Positions 1 to 9,427 of a stretch of DNA of 64,000 nucleotides are shown piece after piece. How positions within the stretch are numbered: the first letter of the stretch is position 1; each line of letters begins with the position of its first letter. The stretch is taken from contig CAMMOI010000001.1 of assembly GCA_946498375.1 (NCBI GenBank), positions 8,433 to 72,432 of the forward strand. The letters are read 5' to 3'. The translations under genes and the position numbers were made by a program. The notes beneath the pieces are model-generated. The model saw only the letters and a program-made list of their open reading frames with translations, searched no databases and was not told where the DNA came from. This DNA comes from an uncultured Mycoplasmatota bacterium (lineage in GTDB: Bacteria > Bacillota_I > Bacilli_A > RF39 > UBA660).

Positions 1-7
1 TAATCAA

Positions 8-271
8 TTACTTCATATCTTTAATCTTTTTATTTAATCTAGCCTTTTGTCTATTAGCTGTATTCTTTTTAATTAAACCTTTGCTAGCAGCTTTATCTAT
101 ATTTTTTTGAACGTCTTTAATAATATTTTGTGCACTTTCAATATCTTTAGCAGCGATAGCTTTTTCACATTTTTTAATTGAGTTTTTTACTCTTGCTTTA
201 TATTCATGAGCCGCATCTGTTTTTTTTGCAATAACTTTAACAGCTTTTTTTGAACTTTTAATATTTGGCAT
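8..271 (-). CDS. rpsT: 30S ribosomal protein S20
   Basis: ORF 8..352 trimmed to internal ATG (MPNIKSSKKAVKVIAKK...) that follows a GGAAGGGAG SD. Basic Ala/Lys-rich 87 aa product typical of S20. Confidence 0.85.
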   Translation of the reverse strand: MPNIKSSKKAVKVIAKKTDAAHEYKARVKNSIKKCEKAIAAKDIESAQNIIKDVQKNIDKAASKGLIKKNTANRQKARLNKKIKDMK

Positions 272-373
272 ACAAAATCTCCCTTCCATAAATACAATAT
301 AAATTGTATCAAAACATTTAATATTTTGCAATAAAAATCTATCTTTGAACACAATAAAATATAGGTGATTTTA

Positions 374-1108
374 ATGAAAAATATGCTTTTTTTAGATGTG
401 GCAGAAGAACTTATTAATAAAAATAAAGAAAAAATAGATATTAAAAAACAAAATGGTATAGAAACTAAACATTTTAAATTAACAAATAAACAAAGATATA
501 AAAGGGATTTAGGAGATTATTATACTATATCATTTGCTGAGGAAATATTAGAGTTTGATAAAAAATATCTTACCAAAGAAATAATTAAAACATTAAAAAG
601 ATTTAAAAAAAATATTACTCAGTACAATTCTACCTTAATAATAGGGCTGGGTAATTCTAGTATAATGTGTGATGCTTTAGGATCTAAAACTGCTAGTAAA
701 ATAATTGCTACAAATCATTATGTTGATTTTTTAAGTCTACCTAAAGTAGCTGTATTTGCCCCTGAGGTTATTAGTAAGACCGGAATTAGTTCTTTTGATT
801 TGATAAAAATGTTAGTCCATAATTTAAAACCAAGTTTAATCATTGTAATAGATTCTTTAGCAACTAATAATTATAGCCGCTTAAATAATTGTATAGAAAT
901 ATCAGATACCGGTATAATTCCTGGGAGTGCTTTAATGACTAATCGGAAAATTAGTTCTAAAACATTTAACATTCCTTTAATAACAATAGGAGCGCCTTTA
1001 GTTTTAAAAAATAAAAATATGATCTTAACTTCGCCAAATGTTAAACAGGTAGTTGATAATTTAAGTACTATTATAGCTAATGCTTTAAATTATTTATTTT
1101 TAAAATAG
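374..1108 (+). CDS. gpr: germination protease GPR (spore endopeptidase)
   Basis: Motifs IIGLGN...CDALG, FAPEV..TGI.S.D, ISDTGIIPGS and IPLITIGAPLV match B. subtilis Gpr. ATG at 374 follows AGGTGA; the GTG at 365 overlaps the SD. Synteny rpsT-gpr-spoIIP. Confidence 0.8.
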   Translation: MKNMLFLDVAEELINKNKEKIDIKKQNGIETKHFKLTNKQRYKRDLGDYYTISFAEEILEFDKKYLTKEIIKTLKRFKKNITQYNSTLIIGLGNSSIMCDALGSKTASKIIATNHYVDFLSLPKVAVFAPEVISKTGISSFDLIKMLVHNLKPSLIIVIDSLATNNYSRLNNCIEISDTGIIPGSALMTNRKISSKTFNIPLITIGAPLVLKNKNMILTSPNVKQVVDNLSTIIANALNYLFLK

Positions 1109-1186
1109 CATAAAATTATAATGTAGAAATATAAATCTACATTTTTTTTAATGCTTCTGATATACAATTTGTTTGAGATGATAATT

Positions 1187-2155
1187 ATGAAAAGATTTAA
1201 AGCTAAAAAAAGAAGAAAAAAAATTAAGTTATTAAAATTTATAGTTGTTCTTATAATAGGATATATTTCTTTTTCGTATTCAATAAATTATTTATTTAAT
1301 AATAAATTAAAAAAGAAAGTGACTAATCAAGTATTAATTAATTATTTACTAAAATCAAGTACTAATGATTTAATAAAAACACAAGATAATTCATTATTCA
1401 ATTTAAATACTTCTAATTTGTTACTTAAAACTAGTTTAAATAATATAAAATTAGATGATAATGCAGTGTTTATTGATGATTATAACGAAGATACTATAGT
1501 TACTAAATATTTTGAAGATCCAAATAAATATGTAGTTAATAGACCTATAATTTATATTTATAATAGTCATCAATTAGAAGAATATAGTAATTCTAATGTT
1601 GCTATGTATGAGGCTACACCTAATGTATTAATGGCAAGTTATATTTTAAAAGAAAAATTAAACGAATTAAATTTACCAACAATTGTAGAAGAAACAGACA
1701 TTAGTCAATTATTACATACCAATAATTGGTCTTATAATTATTCGTATGAAGCAAGTCGTATGTTAGTCCAAAGTGCCATTGAAAATAATTCTACTTTAAT
1801 GTATTTTATCGATCTTCATCGAGATTCTCTTTCTAAGGATAGAACAACTTTAACTGTAAATAATGTATCATATGCCAAAGTTTTATTTGTAATAGGAACT
1901 GATCATGAAAATTATACTAAAAATTTAGAGTTGGCCCATAAAATAAGTGATATGATTAATACTAAAATAAATCAGTTATCAAAAGGAGTTATAGAAAAGG
2001 GCGGTCAAGGGGTAAATGGTATTTATAATCAGGATTTAAATTCGAATTCTTTACTAATAGAAATAGGGGGACCAGAAAATACTATTGATGAAGTTACTAA
2101 TACCCTTAGTGTTATTGCCGATGTTTTATATGAATTAATAAAGGGGGATTTATGA
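1187..2155 (+). CDS. spoIIP: stage II sporulation protein P (SpoIIP)
   Basis: N-terminal basic region plus TM. Motifs IYIYNSHQLEEY, FIDLHRDS, VLFVIG and LIEIGG resemble SpoIIP. Lies immediately downstream of gpr as in Bacillus. Start taken at MKRFKAKK after GAGATGA. Confidence 0.75.
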   Translation: MKRFKAKKRRKKIKLLKFIVVLIIGYISFSYSINYLFNNKLKKKVTNQVLINYLLKSSTNDLIKTQDNSLFNLNTSNLLLKTSLNNIKLDDNAVFIDDYNEDTIVTKYFEDPNKYVVNRPIIYIYNSHQLEEYSNSNVAMYEATPNVLMASYILKEKLNELNLPTIVEETDISQLLHTNNWSYNYSYEASRMLVQSAIENNSTLMYFIDLHRDSLSKDRTTLTVNNVSYAKVLFVIGTDHENYTKNLELAHKISDMINTKINQLSKGVIEKGGQGVNGIYNQDLNSNSLLIEIGGPENTIDEVTNTLSVIADVLYELIKGDL

Positions 2156-2481
2156 AAAAGAAAAAAAATAGCAAGTTATTTTGGCTAATATTAGGAGGAT
2201 TATTTGTTGTATTTGTAGGACTATATATTTCCAATCAAACTGGATATTATGAAAGTAAATTAGCAAATAAAACTAAAATAACTGCTGAGGCAATTAATAA
2301 GTTTGAAAAAGATGTTGCTGAAGGTAAGGATGTTACAATTGATCAATATTTAGAAAAACAAACAGTTGATTACTCTAATTCAGCAACTAAGTTAGGACAA
2401 AATATCTCCTCAGGAGTAGAAGATTTTATGAATGAAGGTATTGGCAGATTATTTAAAGTTTTGTCTAAATTGTTTAGTTAA
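2152..2481 (+). CDS. yqxA: YqxA-like small membrane protein (DUF3679)
   Basis: 109 aa with one N-terminal TM helix. ATG overlaps the spoIIP stop (TTATGA) and follows GGGGGA SD. Positionally equivalent to B. subtilis yqxA after spoIIP. Confidence 0.5.
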   Translation: MKKKKNSKLFWLILGGLFVVFVGLYISNQTGYYESKLANKTKITAEAINKFEKDVAEGKDVTIDQYLEKQTVDYSNSATKLGQNISSGVEDFMNEGIGRLFKVLSKLFS

Positions 2482-2627
2482 TTTATTTAATATAACTATT
2501 TTTAATTAATTTCTTTTAAAAATACTTTCGCTGATTTTAATTATTTAATGTGATATAATATAGAAGAAGAAAAAGAAAGGGGTTAATAATCAAAATAGTA
2601 TTTTTAGTATGATTATATAAAGCAATT

Positions 2628-3497
2628 ATGATTTATGAAATAAAAGATAATAAAATATTATTAAGTAAACTAAAACAATTAAATTTAGAAAAATATAGTA
2701 ATCAACTTATTATTCTGACAAATAATGAATTTCAAAATGCTCATTTAAATTTAGAACAACCAATTAATAATTTTAAATATATAAAAATTGATGATTATAT
2801 GAATTATTTATTAGGAACTTTAATTATAAATAAGCAAAAAGATGTTTCTTTATATTTTTATATTATTAATAATAATATTATTTTTGTTGATGATTCTACC
2901 TTTACTAAAGATTTGATTGATGAAATTATAGAAAAATGTCAAAAACAAGGTTATGACATATATAAATTTTTAAAGGATTTTTTAGAAAAGATAATTGATA
3001 AAGATTTAGAAAACTTAGAAAAAATAAGTAGCAGTTTAGCACTTTTAGAAGAAACTATTTTAAAAAGTAATAAGGATGGAATTAATCATAGATTAATGAT
3101 AAAAAGAAAAGAAATTATAAAATTTTATCATTATTATTCTCAATTAATTGATTTTGGCTTAACTTTGCAAGAAAAAACAAATTCAACTTTATATTCAGTA
3201 TTTATTAAAAGAGTTGAAAGATTACAAAGTGAGACTATGTTATTAAGAGAATATACTCACCAATTACAAGAGTTATATAATTCAGAATTAAATAATCGAC
3301 AAAATGATATTATGAAAGTATTAACAATAGTTACGACTATTTTTTTACCATTAACTTTACTTACTAGTTGGTATGGAATGAATTTTAAATATATGCCGGA
3401 GATATCTTGGATTTTGGGATACCCTTTATTTATAATTTTATTTGCAATTACTTTTATTTTATGTTTAATAATATTTAAAATCAAAAAATTTTGGTAA
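2628..3497 (+). CDS. CorA-family divalent cation transporter
   Basis: C-terminal YGMNF (GMN motif) followed by two TM helices and a basic tail. Soluble N-terminal domain. Shorter (289 aa) than canonical CorA. Confidence 0.6.
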   Translation: MIYEIKDNKILLSKLKQLNLEKYSNQLIILTNNEFQNAHLNLEQPINNFKYIKIDDYMNYLLGTLIINKQKDVSLYFYIINNNIIFVDDSTFTKDLIDEIIEKCQKQGYDIYKFLKDFLEKIIDKDLENLEKISSSLALLEETILKSNKDGINHRLMIKRKEIIKFYHYYSQLIDFGLTLQEKTNSTLYSVFIKRVERLQSETMLLREYTHQLQELYNSELNNRQNDIMKVLTIVTTIFLPLTLLTSWYGMNFKYMPEISWILGYPLFIILFAITFILCLIIFKIKKFW

Positions 3498-3566
3498 GTA
3501 TATAAAAGTTTTTATCTAAAATTTACAAATTTTTAGGTTCATGATATACTTTCTAGGTGGTGAAAT

Positions 3567-4427
3567 ATGAAAATTGTAAAGGACTTTACGGAATATCAAA
3601 TTTTGGCGATGAGTAATTCAATGAAAGTGGAAAATTGGAATGGAATAATTTTAAAAAGACCTGATCCTCAAATTATTTGGAAAGATACAATGCCAAATGT
3701 TAAAATTGATGCAATTTATAATCGAAGTAATAAAGGTGGAGGAAGTTGGGATATTAAAAGTAAAAATATGCCAACTGTATGGCAAATACATTATAAAGAT
3801 TTAACTTTTAATTTAAAGTTAATGGGATTTAAACATACAGGGTTATTTCCAGAACAAGCTTATAATTGGAACTTAATTGAAGAAATTATAAAAAAAGCCA
3901 ATAGAGAAGTTAAAGTTTTAAATTTATTTGCTTATACGGGAGCAGCTTCTATTGCAGCTTTACATGCAGGTGCCAGTGTTGTACATGTTGATTCTTCCAA
4001 AGGAATGGTACAATGGGCAAAAGAAAATGTTTATTCCTCTCATTTAGAGAATCGACCAATTAGATTTATTGTTGATGATGTAGTAAAATTTGTTAAAAGA
4101 GAAATTAGAAGAAATCATAAATACGATATTATTTTAATGGATCCACCTTCTTTTGGTAGAGGGGCAAATAAAGAAGTTTGGAATTTAGAAAAAGATTTAT
4201 ATCCATTGGTAGAAGATTGTGTTAATTTATTAAGCGATAACCCTTTATTATTTATAATTAATTCATATACTACGGGATTATCTAAAAGTGTATTAGAAAA
4301 TATTCTTTATAAAACAGTTAATCAAAAAATAAAGGGCATAATTTCTAGTGATGAATTGGGAATCCAAATGAAGGATAGCAATTTAGTATTACCATGTGGT
4401 ATTTATGGAAGATGGGAAAGAAAATAG
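3567..4427 (+). CDS. class I SAM-dependent methyltransferase (RlmI/RlmK-like, no PUA domain)
   Basis: Motif I-like NLFAYTGAASIAA, acidic-loop VVHVDSS, and catalytic motif IV IILMDPPSFGRG typical of the RlmI/YccW family. GGTGGTGA SD upstream. Confidence 0.6.
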   Translation: MKIVKDFTEYQILAMSNSMKVENWNGIILKRPDPQIIWKDTMPNVKIDAIYNRSNKGGGSWDIKSKNMPTVWQIHYKDLTFNLKLMGFKHTGLFPEQAYNWNLIEEIIKKANREVKVLNLFAYTGAASIAALHAGASVVHVDSSKGMVQWAKENVYSSHLENRPIRFIVDDVVKFVKREIRRNHKYDIILMDPPSFGRGANKEVWNLEKDLYPLVEDCVNLLSDNPLLFIINSYTTGLSKSVLENILYKTVNQKIKGIISSDELGIQMKDSNLVLPCGIYGRWERK

Positions 4428-4484
4428 ATAGTTCTATTTCTTTTTTTATTACATATTATTAAATGTAAATACAAAGGAGGAATT

Positions 4485-4751
4485 ATGGAAATATTAAAAG
4501 TATCTACAAAATCAAATCCTAGCAAAGTAGCAGGAGCAATAGCGAATATTTATCGAGAAAAAAAGAGTGTCGAAATTCAAACTATTGGAGCTGGCTCTTT
4601 AAATCAAGCTATTAAAGCTATTTGTATTGCTAGAGGTTTTTTAGCTCCTGGTGGAGATGATATTGTAGTTATTCCATCATTTAATGATATTGTAATTGAT
4701 GGAGAAGCTAAAACTGCAATGAAATTATTAATTGAAAAAAAAGGTAATTAA
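4485..4751 (+). CDS. spoVS: stage V sporulation protein S
   Basis: 88 aa MEILKVSTKSNPSKVAGAIANI...IGAGSLNQAIKAICIARGF is nearly collinear with B. subtilis SpoVS. AAAGGAGG SD. Confidence 0.9.
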   Translation: MEILKVSTKSNPSKVAGAIANIYREKKSVEIQTIGAGSLNQAIKAICIARGFLAPGGDDIVVIPSFNDIVIDGEAKTAMKLLIEKKGN

Positions 4752-4796
4752 TAAATCCCTCATTAAATAATGGGGGATTTTCTTGTATTTAGTTTT

Positions 4797-5201
4797 TTAA
4801 GAAATTTTAGATAATAATACTAAAGCAATGGTTATGCCTGTGGCAAAAGTAGCAATTAAAATAGAGCTAATAGCTATAAAACCATTAGGGTTTGTATACT
4901 TATAAGCTGTACCACCTTCATCGCTTTGATAAGAATTTATACTAAATGCTTGAACATTTAACGTTTGTTTATAAAATTCTATAGTTCTTTTTTGGGCAGC
5001 ATTTAAAATTCCTGAATCTAATTGTTCTAAGTCACGACAAATTTTACGAAATTCTTGAAAAATAGCAAAACTTCCATCATTTAAATAAAATTGGTACTCA
5101 TTTAATTGCTGTTGATGTTTTAAATATGCTTCTAATTCTTCTGTAACTACACCTTTAGATAAAACTTCTTTAAATCTTTCATTTGATAAAACTTTTTTCA
5201 T
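4797..5201 (-). CDS. hypothetical protein, C-terminal TM anchor
   Basis: 134 aa ORF with a hydrophobic C-terminus (ISSILIATFATGITIALVLL). Its start overlaps the upstream ORF stop (ATGA), suggesting translational coupling. No recognisable family. Confidence 0.35.
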   Translation of the reverse strand: MKKVLSNERFKEVLSKGVVTEELEAYLKHQQQLNEYQFYLNDGSFAIFQEFRKICRDLEQLDSGILNAAQKRTIEFYKQTLNVQAFSINSYQSDEGGTAYKYTNPNGFIAISSILIATFATGITIALVLLSKIS

Positions 5202-5455
5202 TATATTTCCCCTGTTTCATTGCTTAATATAGTAATAGCATTTAATTTTATAATATTAAAAAATGTTTCAGCATCCATATTCTGTAAATCTTTTTTTAAT
5301 TGATAGCTTTCAAAAAGTGATTCTAAGTTAAAATTCTCTAAATCTATATTTTCGTTATTCAAAGAGAGGATATTATTATTAATATGAATTGAATTAATAT
5401 TAGGATTAAATTTTTGAATTGCTTCTAAAACAATAGCATTTATTTTTCCTATCAT
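5201..5455 (-). CDS. hypothetical small protein
   Basis: 84 aa ORF, first gene of a two-gene minus-strand unit. No recognisable motifs. AT-rich, so could be spurious. Confidence 0.3.
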   Translation of the reverse strand: MIGKINAIVLEAIQKFNPNINSIHINNNILSLNNENIDLENFNLESLFESYQLKKDLQNMDAETFFNIIKLNAITILSNETGEI

Positions 5456-5683
5456 ATTATTATCTCCTATCTTAAATATATTTTATCAAAAAAAATAGTA
5501 TTTTTAAATAATAATATATTAAATTATCAATATTTAAAATTTAGTTAATTAGAAAATTATAAAATATGAAAATATTAATAATTATTAAAAAATATTGTTT
5601 AAATTTTAAAGAAATTACTGCTAAATAGCTATTTGCGCTTTTTATTAGAAATTGTTATAGTCTTTAAAGAAAGGAGGAGAAAA

Positions 5684-6031
5684 TTGAATCAGGTAGTTTT
5701 GGTTGGAAGACTTACCAAAAATCCGGAAGTTACAGATTTAACGGATAATAAAAAAAGAACAACAATTACCCTTGCTGTAAATAGGCCCTTTAAAAATAGT
5801 GACGGTATCTATGAAACGGATTTTATTAAATGTATTTTATGGAATGGAATAGCTGCAAATACTAGCGAATTTTGCCATAAAGGGGACATTGTCGGAATTA
5901 AAGGCAGATTAGAAACTAATATTTATGAAGATACTGATAAAAGAAAAATATATAATATAGATGTAGTAGCAGAAAGAGTATCTTTTCTAGCAACTAATAA
6001 AAAAAATAATGAAAAAGAGACAGAAATTTAA
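5684..6031 (+). CDS. ssb: single-stranded DNA-binding protein (short SsbB-like form)
   Basis: OB-fold signature LNQVVLVGRLTKNPEV...ITLAVNRPFKN...TDFIKCILWNGIAAN. TTG at 5684 six nt after AGGAGGAGA. Product of about 116 aa lacks an acidic DDIPF-type C-terminal tail. Confidence 0.7.
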   Translation: MNQVVLVGRLTKNPEVTDLTDNKKRTTITLAVNRPFKNSDGIYETDFIKCILWNGIAANTSEFCHKGDIVGIKGRLETNIYEDTDKRKIYNIDVVAERVSFLATNKKNNEKETEI

Positions 6032-6054
6032 TTTTGTCTCAAAAGCTAAATATA

Positions 6055-6246
6055 CTAATCTTCCTCATAAAATAAATCATCAGGTTTTAATTCAAAAATA
6101 GCTGCAATTTGTTTTGCCATACTATAATATAAACCTCTTTGTTTATTTTCAATTTGCCAATAAAAAGCAGTGCAGATTCCTAAACGCTCTGCCATCTGCG
6201 CGCAAGTATAGCCCTTGCTTATTCTTATTTCTTTTAACTTATTCAT
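6055..6246 (-). CDS. XRE-family HTH transcriptional regulator (short, Cro-like)
   Basis: ORF 6055..6312 trimmed to MNKLKEIRISKGYTCAQMAERLGI, a canonical XRE helix-turn-helix. Divergent from the next regulator. Confidence 0.6.
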   Translation of the reverse strand: MNKLKEIRISKGYTCAQMAERLGICTAFYWQIENKQRGLYYSMAKQIAAIFELKPDDLFYEED

Positions 6247-6365
6247 ATCAATCACAATATTATTATAGTTTAATTTTAATAGATAATCAAGAAAAAGTTG
6301 ATGATTAGTCAACTATTAACATTTTGCTCTTTGTAAATTATATAATACAAATCAAGAGGTGTATT

Positions 6366-6722
6366 ATGTTTAAGGGTGATAGATTAAAAGACTTAAGAAA
6401 AGAAAAAGGATTAACGCAAGGTCAACTTGGGGAGATATTAGGAATTGATAAATCTACTATTTGTTGTTATGAAAAAGGAACTAGACAACCGCCAATTGAA
6501 AATATTATTGATTTTATGCAAATATTTAATGTTTCAGCTGACTTTTTGTTAGGAACCGATCATTTGATTACAACAATATCAGATGAACCTATTCAAAGTA
6601 TTACAATGAGTAAAGAAGAATTAGTTTTTTTAGAGGAATTAAAAAAAGATAAAACAGTATATAATATTTTAATTAGTAACCCAAAGCGAGGGGCAGATAT
6701 TGTAAAAAAACATCTTGTTTAA
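6366..6722 (+). CDS. XRE-family HTH transcriptional regulator (SinR/cI-like)
   Basis: MFKGDRLKDLRKEKGLTQGQLGEILGIDKSTICCYEKG HTH plus a C-terminal extension. ATG at 6366 after AGAGGTG. Confidence 0.65.
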   Translation: MFKGDRLKDLRKEKGLTQGQLGEILGIDKSTICCYEKGTRQPPIENIIDFMQIFNVSADFLLGTDHLITTISDEPIQSITMSKEELVFLEELKKDKTVYNILISNPKRGADIVKKHLV

Positions 6723-6776
6723 AATTTGCAAATTATTAAAATACATACATATATTTATATTAGGTGAAGCATTTAT

Positions 6777-7553
6777 ATGAAAAAATTTTTTCAAATTATT
6801 GGTTTATGTAGTATTTTAGTTTTTAGTTTTTATTATACAGATAAAATTGCAGTAATTGTTGAGCAAAAAAATCCGGTTTTAAAAGAAATAAAATCCAAAG
6901 AAGACGATCTTTATGTATCGGCAGTAGATGCAACTATAACTGAAGAATACATTATTCCTGGAATTTATGGAAGTAAAGTAAACGTTGAAAAAAGTTTTTA
7001 TAATATGAAAGCTTTAAATACTTTTAATGAGTATTATATTATTTATGATGATGTAAAACCAACTATTTCGATTGAAGATAATAAAGATAAAATTATCATA
7101 GGTGGTAATAACTCTAAAAGACAAGTTTCTATTATTTTAGAATATAATGATGAGTTAATTAATCTTTTTCAGAAATACAACGTAAATTTATTTATAAATA
7201 AAGATAATTATAGTGTATCTAGTGGATTTGAGTTAATTAATAATGAAAGTGAATTGAAATTATTTAATCAAGTTAATACATTATTAAATAATGATAATAT
7301 AAATAAACATCTTTGTATAGTTAATGATAATAATAAAGAAGTTTGTAAAAAGAATAATAATTATTTAGTTCAATCTACACTTAAATTATCAACTAATAAT
7401 TTAAGTGAAATTAAAGGGTTAATTGATAATGGTTCGATTATTACTGTTTCACAAAATGCAAAAATAGAAGATGTAAAACTATTGTTAAATTATATTCGAT
7501 TTAGAGATTTAGAAATTGTTTACTTAAGTGATTTAATTAGTGAAAAAAATTAG
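6777..7553 (+). CDS. secreted/membrane-anchored hypothetical protein (possible degenerate NodB/PdaB-like fold)
   Basis: N-terminal signal/TM (IIGLCSILVFSFYY). Central KRQVSIILEYNDE loosely resembles the NodB deacetylase motif-1 region but lacks the catalytic Asp pair. Assignment is weak. Confidence 0.3.
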   Translation: MKKFFQIIGLCSILVFSFYYTDKIAVIVEQKNPVLKEIKSKEDDLYVSAVDATITEEYIIPGIYGSKVNVEKSFYNMKALNTFNEYYIIYDDVKPTISIEDNKDKIIIGGNNSKRQVSIILEYNDELINLFQKYNVNLFINKDNYSVSSGFELINNESELKLFNQVNTLLNNDNINKHLCIVNDNNKEVCKKNNNYLVQSTLKLSTNNLSEIKGLIDNGSIITVSQNAKIEDVKLLLNYIRFRDLEIVYLSDLISEKN

Positions 7554-7649
7554 AATTTACAATTTTATTTGTGAATTTTGATATTTTATTTTTCCTTGAA
7601 AAGATTTAAGAATATGATAAACTATAATATATAGTAAAGGAAGAATAAA

Positions 7650-8249
7650 ATGAAAAAACTTAAGAAATTATTAGTTGTTGCAATTATAACTTTAACAATG
7701 ATAGGGTGTGAGCAGAAAGAAAATATGAATAATGATGATACAAAATATTTAAGCGGAACAATAAATGCTGAAATTGATGTAAAAGATTATGGAATAATAG
7801 AAGTTCAGTTAGATGCTGATACGGCTCCAATTAGTGTGACAAATTTTGTTAATTTAGCCAAAAGTGGGTTTTATGATGGATTAACTTTTCATCGAATTAT
7901 TGAAGGATTTATGATTCAAGGTGGAGATCCTAACCAAGATGGAACTGGGGGAAGCGAAGAGACTATCAAGGGTGAATTTTCCGCAAATGGAGTAGAAAAT
8001 GATATTTCACATGAAAGAGGCGTAATTTCTATGGCTCGTGCTCAAGATTATGATAGTGCAAGTTCTCAATTTTTTATCGTTCAAGAAGATAGTACATATT
8101 TAGATGGAGAATACGCTGCATTTGGTCATGTTACTAAAGGAATGGACATTGTAGATAAGATAGCTCAAGATGCAGAACCAACAGATAGTAATGGTACTAT
8201 TGAAAAAGAAAATCAGCCGGTGATTAATAGTATTAAAATAATTGATTAA
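7650..8249 (+). CDS. cyclophilin-type peptidyl-prolyl cis-trans isomerase, lipoprotein
   Basis: Lipobox LTMIGC. Cyclophilin signature GFYDGLTFHRIIEGFMIQGGDP and SMARAQDYDSASSQFFI. Confidence 0.85.
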   Translation: MKKLKKLLVVAIITLTMIGCEQKENMNNDDTKYLSGTINAEIDVKDYGIIEVQLDADTAPISVTNFVNLAKSGFYDGLTFHRIIEGFMIQGGDPNQDGTGGSEETIKGEFSANGVENDISHERGVISMARAQDYDSASSQFFIVQEDSTYLDGEYAAFGHVTKGMDIVDKIAQDAEPTDSNGTIEKENQPVINSIKIID

Positions 8250-8276
8250 ATAAAAAAATATTAGCATATGAGTGTG

Positions 8277-9191
8277 CTAATATTTTTTTATGTAAAAAGC
8301 ATAGTATTCATCAAAAGTAATATTGGCATCAAAAATTTCTTGTGCAACTTTTATTCCTACATAACGATAATGCCAAGATTCAAAAGCATAACCAGTTATA
8401 TCTTCTTTATTTTCAGGATATCTTAAAATAAAACCATATTTATAAGAATTGTTTTTTAGCCATTGATAAGCTTTTGTATACTTAAAATTACTCATAGGTT
8501 GATTATAAGTTATTATATCTAAAGCTAAACCAGTCTGGTGTTCTGAAAAACCAGGTTGAGCAGAAATGGTATCAGTATATTCTTGTCCGTAAGTTAGAAC
8601 ATAATTTGTATATAAATTTTTTTGATATTCATATGAACGATATGCTGAGGCAATAAATAAATCAATATTATTTTTCTTGGCATCATTATACATTTTTATA
8701 AAAGCATTTTTAACTTCTTCAATAGTTTGACGTTTTTTATATGCATAGGTTAAATCTAAATCGATAAGATTATCTGGTTCATAATTACTATCTAAATAAT
8801 TATATTTATTTACTAAAATCAGATTTCCTTTACTTAAATCAGCGGATTTTATATTTTTATAAGCTATAGCATCAGCATTTACATTTACTAAAGAAATAAT
8901 TTTACTAATTTCTATTTCGGGATGAGTTGTATAATAAGCTAAATAGCGATCTAAATTTTTATGAAGATAATATTTTTCTTTAATAAAGATATTAAGGTAA
9001 TTTATTTTTTTACGCTCTTTTAAATCAGTTATTTCACTATCTGTTAATTTTTGGTTAATTAATTGAAGTGTTTTTTGATCATAACCTATTTTATCTAATT
9101 TATTTTGACTATTTAAATTTAATCTAATAGTAATTAGACAAATTAAAAAAAATCCTATGACTATTAAAATTATCTTTTTTAAAGTCAACAT
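8277..9191 (-). CDS. VanY-type D-alanyl-D-alanine carboxypeptidase (M15B peptidase)
   Basis: N-terminal TM. Active-site signature SAQPGFSEHQTGLALDI (SxHxxGxAxD) and WHYRYVG typical of the VanY/M15 family. Confidence 0.75.
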   Translation of the reverse strand: MLTLKKIILIVIGFFLICLITIRLNLNSQNKLDKIGYDQKTLQLINQKLTDSEITDLKERKKINYLNIFIKEKYYLHKNLDRYLAYYTTHPEIEISKIISLVNVNADAIAYKNIKSADLSKGNLILVNKYNYLDSNYEPDNLIDLDLTYAYKKRQTIEEVKNAFIKMYNDAKKNNIDLFIASAYRSYEYQKNLYTNYVLTYGQEYTDTISAQPGFSEHQTGLALDIITYNQPMSNFKYTKAYQWLKNNSYKYGFILRYPENKEDITGYAFESWHYRYVGIKVAQEIFDANITFDEYYAFYIKKY

Positions 9192-9268
9192 TTTTAGTCA
9201 CTCTCCATATAATAATATTATAAAAAATTAAGATAATGTTAATTTTTTTAATATATTTAGAGAAAATG

Positions 9269-9277
9269 TGCTATAAT
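9269..9277 (+). promoter_or_regulatory. extended -10 promoter element TGcTATAAT
   Basis: TGCTATAAT at 9269-9277 with upstream AT-rich tract. Would start a transcript near 9284 that includes the structured leader below. Confidence 0.4.
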
Positions 9278-9284
9278 ATAAATG

Positions 9285-9427
9285 TACTGCCGAATTAGTT
9301 CAATGATAGAACGAATCCATGGTAAGGATTAAATGGTTGTTTGATTCAACCATTCGGCACCAGTAAGCAATCTGTTCGATTATTCGAATTTTTGATATAT
9401 AAATCAATCAGAAACGATTGGTTTTTT
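9285..9427 (+). ncRNA. structured 5' leader (candidate riboswitch/attenuator) ending in an intrinsic terminator
   Basis: Closing helix GCCGAAU(9289-9295)/AUUCGGC(9352-9358) encloses three hairpins (GUUC..GAAC, AAUCC..GGAUU, AAUGGUUG..CAACCAUU). Then competing helices UUGAU..AUCAA versus terminator AAUCAAUC-AGAAAC-GAUUGGUU + U6 (9402-9427). Located about 125 nt upstream of the CDS at 9551. Confidence 0.4.

Noticed and set aside
8-352. Extended 114 aa form of rpsT starting MFKDRFLL
   Set aside because: The conserved S20 sequence begins at the internal Met (MPNIKSSKK), which has a strong SD. The upstream extension is not conserved in character.
3257-3484. 75 aa antisense ORF in CorA gene
   Set aside because: Antisense to CorA C-terminal TM region.
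6114-6308. 64 aa + strand ORF overlapping the minus-strand XRE regulator
   Set aside because: The HTH regulator on the opposite strand has a clear domain. This ORF is a Phe/Leu/Tyr-rich antisense artefact.
9289-9360. Possible T-box or known riboswitch identity for the 9.3 kb leader
   Set aside because: No AGGGTGGNACCGCG T-box sequence. None of the class-defining conserved nucleotides I remember (SAM, TPP, FMN, glycine, c-di-GMP, ZTP, fluoride, preQ1, guanidine-II ACGR loops) are present. Kept only as an unclassified structured leader.
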